A DNA stretch of 64,000 nt from Chryseobacterium gleum (GTDB taxonomy: Bacteria; Bacteroidota; Bacteroidia; Flavobacteriales_F; PHOS-HE28), in the NCBI GenBank assembly GCA_945872795.1, contig CAMCAZ010000002.1, forward strand, positions 65,298 through 129,297. Reading direction: 5' to 3'. A program made the translations under genes and the position numbers. Each line of letters starts with the position of its first letter. Position 1 is the stretch's first letter. The notes under the pieces were generated by a model. It saw only the letters and a program-made list of their open reading frames with translations. It searched no databases and was not told the DNA's origin. Positions 16,456 through 26,778 of the stretch are shown here, piece by piece.

Positions 16456-19326
16456 TTACGCTTCCTGCATCGCGTAGTCCTCCACCGGCGGGCAGGTGCA
16501 GATCAGGTTGCGGTCGCCGAAGGCGCTGTCCACCTTGCTCACCGTGGGCCAGAACTTCCAGTCGCGGTTCACGCTGGCCGGGAAGGCCGCCTTTTCACGA
16601 CCATAGGGGTGGCTCCAGGTATCGGCACAAACCTCATCGCTGGTGTGCGGGGCCATCTTCAGCACGTTGTCGGACTTGTCCGCCTGGCCGCTCTCCACTT
16701 CCGCGATCTCCATGCGGATGCCGATCATGGCCTCGATGAAGCGGTCCAGTTCCGGCTTGGCCTCGCTCTCGGTGGGCTCCACCATCAGCGTGCCCGACAC
16801 CGGGAAGCTTACCGTGGGCGCATGGAATCCGTAATCCATCAGGCGCTTGGCGATGTCCTCCACCTCGATCCCCGCCGTGCGCTTGAACTCTCGGCAGTCG
16901 AGGATCATCTCGTGGGCCACCATGCCTTCGGTACCCGTGTACAGGATCGGGTAGTGCTTCTCCAGCTTCGCCTTGATGTAGTTGGCGTTGAGGATGGCGT
17001 AACGCGTGCTGTCCGTGAGCCCGGTACCGCCGAGCATCTTGATGTACCCGTAGCTGATGAGCAGGATGAGCGCACTACCCCAGGGGGCACTGCTCACCGC
17101 AGGTACGGCGTGTTCTCCGCCGGTCCTGACCAACGGGTGACCGGGCAGGAAGGGCTTCAGTTTGTCGTTCACGCAGATGGGACCCATGCCGGGGCCGCCG
17201 CCGCCGTGCGGGATCGCGAAGGTCTTGTGCAGGTTCAGGTGGCACACGTCCGCTCCGATGTCGCCGGGGCTCGTAAGGCCCACCTGGGCGTTCATGTTCG
17301 CGCCGTCCATATACACCAGGCCGCCGTTCGCGTGGATCGTGGCGGTGATGTCCTTGATGCTCTCCTCGTAAACGCCGTGCGTGCTGGGATAGGTAACCAT
17401 CAGACAGCTCAGCGTTTCCTTGTACTGTTCGGCCTTCGCCTTCAGGTCGGCCACATCGACGTGCCCTTCCTCATCGGCCTTCACCACCACCACCTGCATC
17501 CCGGCCATCACTGCGCTGGCGGGGTTTGTTCCGTGGGCGCTACTGGGGATGAGGGCGATGTTGCGGTGATGGTCGCCGCGCGCCGCATGGTAGGCACGGA
17601 TCACCAGCAGGCCGGCGTATTCGCCCTGCGCGCCGCTGTTGGGCTGCAGGCTCACGGCCGTGAAACCCGTGGCCTTTGCCAGTGCATCGCTCAGTTCGGC
17701 GAAGACCTCCTGGTAGCCCTGCGTCTGGTCCACCGGAGCGAAGGGATGCAGGCCGCCCCACTCGGGCCAGCTCAACGGCATCAGCGTGCTGGCGGCGTTC
17801 AGTTTCATCGTGCATGAGCCCAGGGGGATCATGCCGTGCATCATGCTGAAGTCCTTGTTCTCCAACTTCTTGATGTAGCGCTGGAGCTCGAGTTCGGTGT
17901 GGTGGGTGTTGAACACCGGATGTGTCAGTACCGCGCTTGTGCGCTGCAGGTCGGCCGGCACCGCCATGGTGGAACCGTTGCCCGGGACCGCCGGAGCCTT
18001 GGCGCCACAGGCTTCCGCCAGGGCCGCCACGGTCTCGTTCACATCGCTGGGACGCACGGTCTCATCAAAGGCGATGCTGACGCGATCGCCTTCGTAGCGG
18101 AAGTTGATGCTGCGTGCCTCGGCGGCCTTCTTCACCTGCTCCGTCTTGATCCCAGCAGGGAGCGTCAGGGTGATGGTGTCGAAGAAACTCGCATTGACGA
18201 GGCCATAACCCAGTCCCCTGGCGGCTTCGGCCAGATGACGCGTGTGGGCGTGCACGTTCCCGGCGATGCGCTTCAGTCCGCTGGGGCCATGGTACACGGC
18301 ATACATGCCGGCCATCACGGCGAGCAGGGCCTGTGCCGTGCAGATGTTGCTGGTGGCCTTGTCGCGACGGATGTGCTGTTCGCGGGTCTGGAGCGCCATG
18401 CGCAACCCGCGGCGACCACGACGGTCCTGGCTCACCCCGATGATGCGGCCCGGGATCAGGCGCTTGTACTCCTCCGTGGTGGCGAAGAACGCGGCGTGAG
18501 GCCCACCGTAGCCCATGGGAACACCGAAGCGCTGGCTGTTGCCCACGCAGACATCGGCGCCCCATTCGCCCGGAGGCGTCAACAACACCAACGAAAGGAT
18601 GTCCGCACACACGGCCACCCGGACACCGGCCGCCTTGGCCTTGCTGACCAATGCACGGTGATCGCCTACGCTGCCATCGGCGGCGGGATACTGCAGCGCC
18701 ACGGCGAAGTAGCTGCCGTCGGGGGTGAAGTCCTTGGCATCACCGATCACCAGTTCCACACCGATGGGTGCACAGCGCGTGCGGAGCACATCGATGTTCT
18801 GCGGATACAGGCCCTTGTCAGCGAAGAACTTGTGAGCGTTCGCCAGTTCCTTGGGGCGCGCGGCGTAGAGCATGTGCATGGCCTCGGCGATGGCGGTGGC
18901 CTCATCGAGCAGCGATGCATTGGCGATGGGCAGGCCGGTGAGCTCGCTCACCATCGTCTGGTAGTTCAGCAGGGCCTCCAAGCGGCCTTGCGCGATCTCC
19001 GCTTGGTACGGTGTGTAGGCCGTGTACCATCCGGGGTTCTCGAACACGTTGCGCTGGATGGCGGGAGGCAGCACGGTGCCGCTGAAGCCCAGGCCGATGT
19101 AACTGCGGAACACCTTGTTCTTCGCGCCCAGGGCCTTCATGTTATCAAGGTGCTCGCGCTCGGTCAGCGCGGGTCCCACGTCCAGGGCTTTCGGTGAACG
19201 GATGCCTTGGGGCACGGTGCGCCTGATCAGCTCATCGAGCGAGCTGACGCCGATGGCACGAAGCATCTCTTCCGTCGCAACGGCATCGGGGCCGATGTGA
19301 CGCTCCTGGTAGGTCACGAAGTTCAT
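16456..19326 (-). CDS. gcvP: glycine dehydrogenase (decarboxylating), glycine cleavage system P protein
   Basis: The true start is MNFVTYQERHIGPD (rc of cat at 19324-19326). It is a ~956-aa single-chain P protein with both PLP-dependent halves (TAYTPYQAEIAQGRLE... / ...CHLNLHKTFAIPHGGGGPGMGPI). Confidence 0.95.
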   Translation of the reverse strand: MNFVTYQERHIGPDAVATEEMLRAIGVSSLDELIRRTVPQGIRSPKALDVGPALTEREHLDNMKALGAKNKVFRSYIGLGFSGTVLPPAIQRNVFENPGWYTAYTPYQAEIAQGRLEALLNYQTMVSELTGLPIANASLLDEATAIAEAMHMLYAARPKELANAHKFFADKGLYPQNIDVLRTRCAPIGVELVIGDAKDFTPDGSYFAVALQYPAADGSVGDHRALVSKAKAAGVRVAVCADILSLVLLTPPGEWGADVCVGNSQRFGVPMGYGGPHAAFFATTEEYKRLIPGRIIGVSQDRRGRRGLRMALQTREQHIRRDKATSNICTAQALLAVMAGMYAVYHGPSGLKRIAGNVHAHTRHLAEAARGLGYGLVNASFFDTITLTLPAGIKTEQVKKAAEARSINFRYEGDRVSIAFDETVRPSDVNETVAALAEACGAKAPAVPGNGSTMAVPADLQRTSAVLTHPVFNTHHTELELQRYIKKLENKDFSMMHGMIPLGSCTMKLNAASTLMPLSWPEWGGLHPFAPVDQTQGYQEVFAELSDALAKATGFTAVSLQPNSGAQGEYAGLLVIRAYHAARGDHHRNIALIPSSAHGTNPASAVMAGMQVVVVKADEEGHVDVADLKAKAEQYKETLSCLMVTYPSTHGVYEESIKDITATIHANGGLVYMDGANMNAQVGLTSPGDIGADVCHLNLHKTFAIPHGGGGPGMGPICVNDKLKPFLPGHPLVRTGGEHAVPAVSSAPWGSALILLISYGYIKMLGGTGLTDSTRYAILNANYIKAKLEKHYPILYTGTEGMVAHEMILDCREFKRTAGIEVEDIAKRLMDYGFHAPTVSFPVSGTLMVEPTESEAKPELDRFIEAMIGIRMEIAEVESGQADKSDNVLKMAPHTSDEVCADTWSHPYGREKAAFPASVNRDWKFWPTVSKVDSAFGDRNLICTCPPVEDYAMQEA

Positions 19327-19450
19327 GGGTGGGGTAGGGGTCGAGGAACGGCGACAAATATACAGGGTGGGCGAACGGCGCACCTGTCGTCCGTCAACCT
19401 CAACAACCCGACCTCAGGCCTGTTCGGCAAGGTCTATATTTGGCCGCTCC

Positions 19451-20080
19451 ATGCGCATCCTCCTCTTATGCCTGTTCCTTGCCGTCCTTTCCAGCGATGG
19501 CCATGCCCAGGATAGCATCCTGCTGATGAACGGCACGGTGATCAAGGCGGACGTGCTGGGCCAAAGCAGCCTGGAGGTGCGCTACCTGGAATTCGGCAAG
19601 CGGGGCCAGGCCCGCGAACGCCAGGAGCCCACCAGCGATGTGTTCAGCGTGACCGACAGCCTGGGGCGCGAGCGGATCTGGTACTTCTACGACACCATTT
19701 TTGGCAACGACCTCACCGTGGACGAAATGCGGTGGTTCATCAAAGGACAGCAGGATGCCGGAGATGGATACAAGCCCACCTGGACCACCGTGGGCGGTTT
19801 CCTGTTCGGTGCCGGAACCACCATCGCCGCGAACCTGGAGGTGAACGCCTTCTTCCTTCCGCCCATCTATGCCGGTGCCATGTTGCTGCCGCGCGTGAAC
19901 GTCACGCCGGGCTCCATCCGCGACCCCCTGATGGAAGGCAATGACCATTATGCCTACGGCTATGCCCGGGTGGGCAGGACGAAGCGCGTGGTGCGCGGTC
20001 TGCTCTCCACCTTTGCCGGTGTGGCGGTGGGTCTGGCGGTGCGCCAGTTCATCATCAACCCCAACCTCGAGGGGTATTGA
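19451..20080 (+). CDS. hypothetical secreted protein with signal peptide
   Basis: The internal Met MRILLLCLFLAVLSSDGHAQ (ATG 19451) begins a cleavable signal peptide. The ~209-aa mature protein is Gly/Ala-rich and I do not recognise its family. Confidence 0.5.
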   Translation: MRILLLCLFLAVLSSDGHAQDSILLMNGTVIKADVLGQSSLEVRYLEFGKRGQARERQEPTSDVFSVTDSLGRERIWYFYDTIFGNDLTVDEMRWFIKGQQDAGDGYKPTWTTVGGFLFGAGTTIAANLEVNAFFLPPIYAGAMLLPRVNVTPGSIRDPLMEGNDHYAYGYARVGRTKRVVRGLLSTFAGVAVGLAVRQFIINPNLEGY

Positions 20081-20087
20081 TGGAGCC

Positions 20088-20990
20088 ATGAAGGATGCTG
20101 CCCTGCATCCGGTCCTGCGTGTCCTGGTCCATGGTCATGTGCTGCTGGTGCTGGGTGCCGTCGCACAACTGTGGTGGGTCGACCGCCTGTTCCACTTTCA
20201 CAGTGATCCCCGGCTGTTGGGTGTGGTCGCCCTGGCCACGTTCAGCGCCTACGGTGGCATGCGGCTGCTACGGATGCGGGTGCCCGGCCTTGCTACCAAC
20301 GCGATGATGGGCTGGTACCGATCGAACGCGCTCCTCCTTCATGTCCTGGTGATCGTCTCGGGGCTGGCGGCGCTGGCCTTCGCCTGGCCTTTGCGTCACT
20401 TGGTGTTCCATGCACTTTGGCTGCCGATGGTGCTGGCCGCCGGCTATACCCTGCCCCTGGCAATGACCGGCGGACGCCCGACCGGACTTCGACGGACGCC
20501 CTTCCTGAAGGCGGTGATCATCGGCTTCGTGTGGGCGAGCATCGTGGTGCTGCTGCCGGGTGCGGATGAACGGAACGCTGTGCCCTACATCAGCGATGAC
20601 GTGTGGTGGGTGGCCACGATCTGGACCTGTTATTTCACGGCCATCGCCATCACCTTCGACATCCGGGACCTGCCCCATGACCTGCCCTCCCTGCGCACCA
20701 TGCCCCAGGTGTTGGGGATCCGAGGAGCCCAAGTGCTTTCCATCCTGCTTCTCCTTCCCCTGCTGCTGACGCTTGTGCTCCTGCTTGTGGCGGGCTACCA
20801 TCCGATCGAAGCGGGCTGGCGGGAAACCCGGATCGACCTGTCCATACTGTTACCGGCGTTGGGCGTGGTCTGGACGGGCGTCGTCATCGCACGGGCCCAC
20901 ACCCTGCGCGCCTGGTGGTACTGGGACCTGCTGCTCGATGGCTCCCTGACCTTGTTGCCCCTGCTCGCATTCGCGGGCGGCCTGCGTTGA
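20088..20990 (+). CDS. polytopic integral membrane protein (possible UbiA-like prenyltransferase fold; family uncertain)
   Basis: A Met at 20088 (MKDAALHPVL) opens 7-9 hydrophobic segments with a DxxDxxxD-type motif (FDIRDLPHD). It sits 8 nt after the previous gene and directly upstream of kynU. Confidence 0.45.
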   Translation: MKDAALHPVLRVLVHGHVLLVLGAVAQLWWVDRLFHFHSDPRLLGVVALATFSAYGGMRLLRMRVPGLATNAMMGWYRSNALLLHVLVIVSGLAALAFAWPLRHLVFHALWLPMVLAAGYTLPLAMTGGRPTGLRRTPFLKAVIIGFVWASIVVLLPGADERNAVPYISDDVWWVATIWTCYFTAIAITFDIRDLPHDLPSLRTMPQVLGIRGAQVLSILLLLPLLLTLVLLLVAGYHPIEAGWRETRIDLSILLPALGVVWTGVVIARAHTLRAWWYWDLLLDGSLTLLPLLAFAGGLR

Positions 20991-21048
20991 GCGGATCGAC
21001 GATCGTCAGGTGCGGCGATCCGGGACCGGCTACTTTTGGACGCCGCCC

Positions 21049-22326
21049 ATGAGCACCTACCACAACACCCTGGCCTTCGCCCACGCCCAGGACGTCGCCG
21101 ATCCCTTGCGCGCGTTCCGGGAAGAATTCCACTTTCCGCAGCATGCCGGTGCGCCCGTGATCTACTTCACCGGCAACTCCCTCGGACTGCAGCCCAAGGC
21201 CGCTGCCGCTGCATTGCAGCAGGAGCTGGACGATTGGGCACGCTTTGGTGTGGAAGGTCACTTCCTCGCCAAACATCCGTGGTACAGCTACCACGAAGAG
21301 CTCACCGCCAGCACGGCACTTATGGCGGGTGCCCTGCCGGAAGAAGTGGTGGTGATGAACCAGCTCACCAGCAACCTGCATTTCCTGTTGGTGTCTTTCT
21401 ATCGACCGCAAGGAAGGCGTGTGAAGATCCTCACCGAGACCCGCCCGTTCCCGAGCGACATGTATGCCTTCGCTTCACAGATCGCCTTCCATGGCGGTGA
21501 TCCGGAGACCGATCTGGTGGAAGTGCAGCCCCGTGCCGGTGAGCACACCTTGCGCACCGAGGATATCGTGGCGAAGATCAACGAGCTGGGCGATGAACTG
21601 GCGCTGGTCTGCTTCGGCGGCGTGAACTTCTACACGGGCCAGGCCTTCGACATGGCGGCGATCACCAAGGCTGCGCACGGGGTGGGGGCGAATGTCGGCT
21701 TCGATCTCGCGCATGCCGCCGGCAACCTGCACCTGAAGCTCCACGACTGGAACATGGACTTCGCCTGCTGGTGCAGTTACAAGTACCTCAACAGCGGTCC
21801 GGGCAGTGTGGCCGGTGCCTTCGTCCATCAGCGCCACCTCGGGAAGGACCTGCCGCTCTTCGCTGGCTGGTGGGGGCATGACAAGGCCGAGCGCTTCAAG
21901 ATGGAGCGCACCTTCAGGCCGATGCCCACGGCTGAGGCCTGGCAGGTGAGCAATGCGCCGGTGTTCAGCATGGCCGTGCACCGCGTGGCGCTCGAGCAGT
22001 TCGATCGCGCAGGGATCGCCCGGCTGCGGGCCAAGAGTGAACAACTCACCGGGTACCTGGCGTTCATCATCGCGGAGGTCGCGAAGGACACCGATACCGA
22101 TCTCGAAGTGATCACCCCCAACGATCCCGCCCAGCGTGGTTGCCAGCTCAGTGTCCTCGCACACGGCCACGGCAAGGCCCTGTTCAACCGCCTCACCGAA
22201 CGTGGTGTGGTCGCCGACTGGCGTGAACCCAATGTGATCCGCGTCGCCCCGGTCCCGATGTACAATAGTTTCGAGGATGTGCATCGATTCGGCGAGATCC
22301 TGAAAGCCGCGCTGGTAAACGCGTAA
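21049..22326 (+). CDS. kynU: kynureninase
   Basis: The true start is MSTYHNTLAFAHAQD. Family hallmarks present are IYFTGNSLGLQPK, FDLAHAAGNLHLKLHDW and the PLP-Lys region CWCSYKYLNSGPG. Confidence 0.9.
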   Translation: MSTYHNTLAFAHAQDVADPLRAFREEFHFPQHAGAPVIYFTGNSLGLQPKAAAAALQQELDDWARFGVEGHFLAKHPWYSYHEELTASTALMAGALPEEVVVMNQLTSNLHFLLVSFYRPQGRRVKILTETRPFPSDMYAFASQIAFHGGDPETDLVEVQPRAGEHTLRTEDIVAKINELGDELALVCFGGVNFYTGQAFDMAAITKAAHGVGANVGFDLAHAAGNLHLKLHDWNMDFACWCSYKYLNSGPGSVAGAFVHQRHLGKDLPLFAGWWGHDKAERFKMERTFRPMPTAEAWQVSNAPVFSMAVHRVALEQFDRAGIARLRAKSEQLTGYLAFIIAEVAKDTDTDLEVITPNDPAQRGCQLSVLAHGHGKALFNRLTERGVVADWREPNVIRVAPVPMYNSFEDVHRFGEILKAALVNA

Positions 22327-22349
22327 TTCGCAATACGTCAACTCGCAAC

Positions 22350-23699
22350 ATGAGCGGAAAGAACATCACCATCGTCGGCGGCGGTCTCGTCGGCAGCCTG
22401 CTCACCGTGTTCCTCGCCAAACGCGGGCATACGGTGAACCTTTATGAGCGACGCGCCGATCCCCGCAAGGCGAGCCTGTACGCGGGCCGGAGCATCAACC
22501 TGGTGGTGAGCCACCGTGGCTGGACCGCGCTGAAAGCAGCTGGTGTGCACGAGGCCGTGGAGCGCATCGTCGTTCCCGTTTATGCCCGCATGACGCACGA
22601 CCGCGATGGCAAACTGACCCGCCTGCCGTACAGTATCGACGAGCGCGCCATCCATAGCGTGAGCCGTGGCGAGCTGAACCGCGTGATGCTCAACGAGGCG
22701 GAGAAGCTGCCCGGCGTCAAGTTGCATTTCGAACACCGCTGCACCGGTGTGCACCTCGACACCGGCACCTGCAGTTTCCACAACGAACTGAACGGTGAGA
22801 ACGTCGCCGTTCCCGCGGATGTCGTCTTCGGCAGCGATGGCGCGCCCAGTGCCGTGCGCCAGGAGATGATGAAGGGCCGCTTCAACTTCAGCCAGAGCTT
22901 CATCGAGCACGACTACAAGGAGATCGCCTTCCCCAGCAAGGCCGACGGCAGCCCGCAGATGGACCCGCACTGCCTGCACATTTGGGCGCGCCGCTACTTC
23001 ATGATGATGGGCCTGGCCAACCAGGACGGCGGCTTCACCGGAACCCTCTTCATGCCGCACGAAGGCGAGTTCTCCTTCGACACCATTAAGGACGAGAAGG
23101 ACCTGATGCGCTTTTTCGAGGCGCACTTCGGGGATGCCATCCCCATGATCCCCGACCTGGCCGAGCAGTACTTCCGCAACCCGCAGAGCAACCTCGCCAT
23201 CATCCGCTGCGGCCCCTGGACGCACAAGGACAAGGTGGCGCTGATCGGCGATGCGGCCCACGCGATCGTGCCCTTCTATGGCGAAGGCATGAACGCGGGC
23301 TACGAGGATTGCAAGGTGCTGAACGACCTGCTGAACGAACACGGCGACGACAACTGGGGCACCGTGCTCGATGCTTACAACAAGGCCCGCAAGCCCAACG
23401 GCGATGCGATCGCGGACCTCTCGCTCCGCAACTTCGTGGAGATGCGTGACCTGGTGGCCGACCCACAGTTCATCCTGCGCAAGAAGATCGAAGGGCGCCT
23501 GCAGGCCAAACACCCGGACAAGTGGCTGCCGCTCTACAGCCAGGTGAAGTTCAGCGACATCGGCTACAAGACCGCATGGGACGAAGGCCTGCGCCACGAC
23601 CGCATCATGGAGCAGGTGCTGGCCATGCCGGGGATCGCTGACAAGTGGGAAAGCGAGGAGGTGGAGAAGGTGGCGTTGGGGTTGTTGGAGCGCGGGTGA
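22350..23699 (+). CDS. kmo: kynurenine 3-monooxygenase (FAD-dependent)
   Basis: FAD-binding GxGxxG ITIVGGGLVGSLL, a DVVFGSDGAPSAVR core and the GDAAHAIVPFYGEGMN motif; 449 aa. Confidence 0.9.
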   Translation: MSGKNITIVGGGLVGSLLTVFLAKRGHTVNLYERRADPRKASLYAGRSINLVVSHRGWTALKAAGVHEAVERIVVPVYARMTHDRDGKLTRLPYSIDERAIHSVSRGELNRVMLNEAEKLPGVKLHFEHRCTGVHLDTGTCSFHNELNGENVAVPADVVFGSDGAPSAVRQEMMKGRFNFSQSFIEHDYKEIAFPSKADGSPQMDPHCLHIWARRYFMMMGLANQDGGFTGTLFMPHEGEFSFDTIKDEKDLMRFFEAHFGDAIPMIPDLAEQYFRNPQSNLAIIRCGPWTHKDKVALIGDAAHAIVPFYGEGMNAGYEDCKVLNDLLNEHGDDNWGTVLDAYNKARKPNGDAIADLSLRNFVEMRDLVADPQFILRKKIEGRLQAKHPDKWLPLYSQVKFSDIGYKTAWDEGLRHDRIMEQVLAMPGIADKWESEEVEKVALGLLERG

Positions 23700-23820
23700 T
23701 CGGCACAGAACTTCGATGGACAGGCATGGACTGCCAAGTGTGAGATCATCGCAAGTTGCCTACCTCTGCGAGCCAATTGCACATCCATCTGGTCCCTCCA
23801 AGAGCCTCCCCTTATCCCCC

Positions 23821-25779
23821 TCAATACCCCACCACCCCCGGCTGTGTGAAGGCGAAGTCGCCGGGGCGAGTGGTGAAGTTGTTGAAGCGGCCGACATCGA
23901 GGACCCAGCCGTTCTCCTCGGGAACGTAGGGGTAGAAACTGAGGGAGAACTCGAAGGTCTTCACCAGGAGGTTCTCATTGCGGATGAGGATGCCCATGCC
24001 GAGTGAGGTGTGGATGCGGCCCGAGAAGAGCGGGTCCGCGCTGTCACCGATGGTGCCGAAGCCCGCCAGCAACACCGGTGCGAAGCGGAAGCCCAGCAGG
24101 CGATAGGATGCATAGGCCACGGTCTCGAGCTTCAGCAGTTGACGGTGCGTGCCCGTTACCAAGGTGCTTCGAAAGCCGAAGAGCTGGTCGCCGTTCAGGT
24201 CCAGCAGTTCGATGCCCTGCTTGCGGTCGATATGGGCAGCGGAGAAGGTGACGAACTGCCGGAGATACCATCGTTCCAGACGGAACAGGTCGCTGAAATA
24301 GCGGAGTTCCATACGCGCTGTGGCATCCACAGAGGTGCCCTTTTCCCAGAACGTACCAAAGGCAAGCAGCGTGGTCAGGTACCCGAAGTGTTCGTGGTGT
24401 CTGCCTCGGGAGAGCTCGACGCCCGTATACCCGAGCAAGGGCTCGCCTTCGCGATCGCGAAAGCCGCCGGTGAGCTTCGCCAATAGACCCTCGGGAACAT
24501 CTTCCACGGCACCGAAGCGGTAGAGGTAGCGGTCGCGGTAGTACTGCCGAACGCTGAGGCCCACGCTCAGCAGGTAGCGGTCACTGGAGGGATGGCTGAG
24601 CTGTTCCGTACTGTCGATGGCCGGCCGTTGGGTGTAGCGGGTCTGCCCATAGCGGAACCCGGTCACGATGGCACTGCTGCGGGCCGGAACGGTCTTCGCG
24701 CGGACCAAGGGGAAGCTGCGGCCCAGCCACGTGTCGATATCCAAGGGGTCCACCTGTTCGGTCCGCAGGAGCGCGCCCTGGCCATCCACCACTGGCAGCA
24801 TATTCCAGGACCTTGCCAGCAGGACCGCGCCTGCCCAGCGCGTAAGCGGTGAGAAGAAGGGCCGGTCGAGCTGAAGGCCCGCACGCTCGGTGAGCTCGTC
24901 CATGCCGTAGGTCAGAACTGAACTGATGTACGTGCCGCGGATGTTGTACACGGAGTGTCGGGCATCGAGCCGTTCCAGTAATTGTTCCGGGGTGGTGGTG
25001 GTGCTCACGCGAAGCTCCTGACCGAGCCCCAGCAGGTTCCGGTCCTGCAGGGTGGTCCGGCCGGATTCCCCGCTGATGTCCACCCATACTTCGATGTTCC
25101 ACTTGTCCATCACCACCACACGCACATCCACCGTGTCGGTTCCGCCATGCACAGGGACAACGATGATCCGCACATCGTTCACCATGGGCGAGGCGCGCAG
25201 CAGGCGTTCGGACTCCGCAGCCTCCAGGGGGTCGAAGGCCTCGTTCTTCTTGACCAGCACGAACTCGCGTACCAGGTAGTGACGGGTGGTGCGGTGCAAC
25301 GAATTGCCTGCTTTCTGCAGCCACACCGAAGGTCGATCGGTGCTGTCGATCAGGTCGAAGCCGAAGGGGTCGAGCACCTCCACATCCACCGAGCGGACGA
25401 TACGACCGGTGTAGGGCAACAGCGGGTCGGCGCGCCGTGGGGGAGTACCCGGCGCCGGTGCTTCCGCGTCGTGGTCGGCCTGGACGAAGAGGGTGCCGTG
25501 CACCCAGCGGGTGAAGCGGTGCCTGTCGGTATAGCGCTGGATGTCCTGATAAACGGTGGTGGTATCCTGCGAGAAGGCTGAAAGGGACAAGCCAAGCAAC
25601 AACAGGGGTAACAGGGCATGCCGGTGACGACCGGACCCCCTGGGTGAGGGGAAACGGTTGCGATGAACGTCAGGCCTTGCGGGTTCCACTGCCCTAAAGT
25701 TGAGCCCAACTTCCGGACCGGACCATGACGATCGCCGATAAGGGTGATCCGATCCGTTCCAGCCCAGCCTTGGATCCAC
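23821..25779 (-). CDS. hypothetical outer-membrane/secreted protein (start codon uncertain)
   Basis: The first ATG lies 46 codons before a signal-peptide-like segment (RHRHALLPLLLLGLSLSAFSQD). No ATG, GTG or TTG sits directly ahead of that hydrophobic core. The protein is large and beta-rich, and I do not recognise its family. Confidence 0.5.
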   Translation of the reverse strand: MDPRLGWNGSDHPYRRSSWSGPEVGLNFRAVEPARPDVHRNRFPSPRGSGRHRHALLPLLLLGLSLSAFSQDTTTVYQDIQRYTDRHRFTRWVHGTLFVQADHDAEAPAPGTPPRRADPLLPYTGRIVRSVDVEVLDPFGFDLIDSTDRPSVWLQKAGNSLHRTTRHYLVREFVLVKKNEAFDPLEAAESERLLRASPMVNDVRIIVVPVHGGTDTVDVRVVVMDKWNIEVWVDISGESGRTTLQDRNLLGLGQELRVSTTTTPEQLLERLDARHSVYNIRGTYISSVLTYGMDELTERAGLQLDRPFFSPLTRWAGAVLLARSWNMLPVVDGQGALLRTEQVDPLDIDTWLGRSFPLVRAKTVPARSSAIVTGFRYGQTRYTQRPAIDSTEQLSHPSSDRYLLSVGLSVRQYYRDRYLYRFGAVEDVPEGLLAKLTGGFRDREGEPLLGYTGVELSRGRHHEHFGYLTTLLAFGTFWEKGTSVDATARMELRYFSDLFRLERWYLRQFVTFSAAHIDRKQGIELLDLNGDQLFGFRSTLVTGTHRQLLKLETVAYASYRLLGFRFAPVLLAGFGTIGDSADPLFSGRIHTSLGMGILIRNENLLVKTFEFSLSFYPYVPEENGWVLDVGRFNNFTTRPGDFAFTQPGVVGY

Positions 25780-25851
25780 ACACGCTTTCGTTGATACGTT
25801 CCGGCCTCAGCCCGCGTTGGACCAGTGCCACCCTGGCCAACTTGCGGTGCG

Positions 25852-26694
25852 ATGAAACGTGTTCCATTCCTCCTTCTTCCATTGGTGCTGTCCCTGACAT
25901 CGGTCCAGGCCCAAAGCCTTTACGGCCGTAAGAAGAAGGACATCATCCCCTTGGAGGGCCAGGCCAAACGCATCGGCTGGTTCGTGTCGCCGGGGATCAC
26001 CTGGACGCACACCCGCATCAAGAACAGTGAAGAGGAGGTATTCCGGAATGCGGACACGTCCTATCGCGCGACCTATGATCCCGCTGGAAGGATCGGCTTT
26101 TATCTGGAGGGTGGCCTCACTTGGTATACCCGCGACCCGGTGGTCGTGGACTATTTCGATGCCGGCTTCGCCTACAAGAACCTACGCGGCAGCGAGTCCT
26201 TTGAGGGCAACCTGATGCGCGGTGACAGCCTGGCGCCCCTGGCCGGTGAGGGCACCTTCGCGGAACGCCAGTTGACCTTCAACATCAACGCCAACAAGTT
26301 CATCCAGACGGGCGACCACCAGTTCGTGCAGCTTAGCCTCGGCGCCAACGTGGACCATCGGCTGGGCAACGATCTGGAGCATACAGGCGATCCTTTGTTG
26401 AACGAGCACGTGTTCCCGCCCGACCTGATCGCCCAGGCACACTTCAAGGTGGGCTACGGCTTCAAGCTCACCGGCACCCTGATCATGATCCCCACGTTGG
26501 AGAGCCCGATCTTCAGCATCACACCCCAGGACGAGGGTTTCGGCCAGCTCCAGTGGTTCAGCAGCCGATACCGCCCCCTCATCCTCACCGTACGGTTTCT
26601 CTTCCTGCGCGCCCGCAACGGCTTTGATTGCCCACCGCCCATCCGGAACAAGGGGGATATCAAGCAGTACCGGCAGGACGGGTATCATCCATAG
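25852..26694 (+). CDS. hypothetical secreted protein, possible outer-membrane beta-barrel
   Basis: The internal Met MKRVPFLLLPLVLSLTSVQAQ (ATG 25852) begins a signal peptide. The rest has alternating-hydrophobic beta-strand character. Confidence 0.45.
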   Translation: MKRVPFLLLPLVLSLTSVQAQSLYGRKKKDIIPLEGQAKRIGWFVSPGITWTHTRIKNSEEEVFRNADTSYRATYDPAGRIGFYLEGGLTWYTRDPVVVDYFDAGFAYKNLRGSESFEGNLMRGDSLAPLAGEGTFAERQLTFNINANKFIQTGDHQFVQLSLGANVDHRLGNDLEHTGDPLLNEHVFPPDLIAQAHFKVGYGFKLTGTLIMIPTLESPIFSITPQDEGFGQLQWFSSRYRPLILTVRFLFLRARNGFDCPPPIRNKGDIKQYRQDGYHP

Positions 26695-26778
26695 GGGGAG
26701 TTGCCTGTTGGCAGTTGGCAGGAGTTGGGACTTGGAACAACCTTCAACGCTCGAACCCCCAGCTCCCGATCTGCCCAA

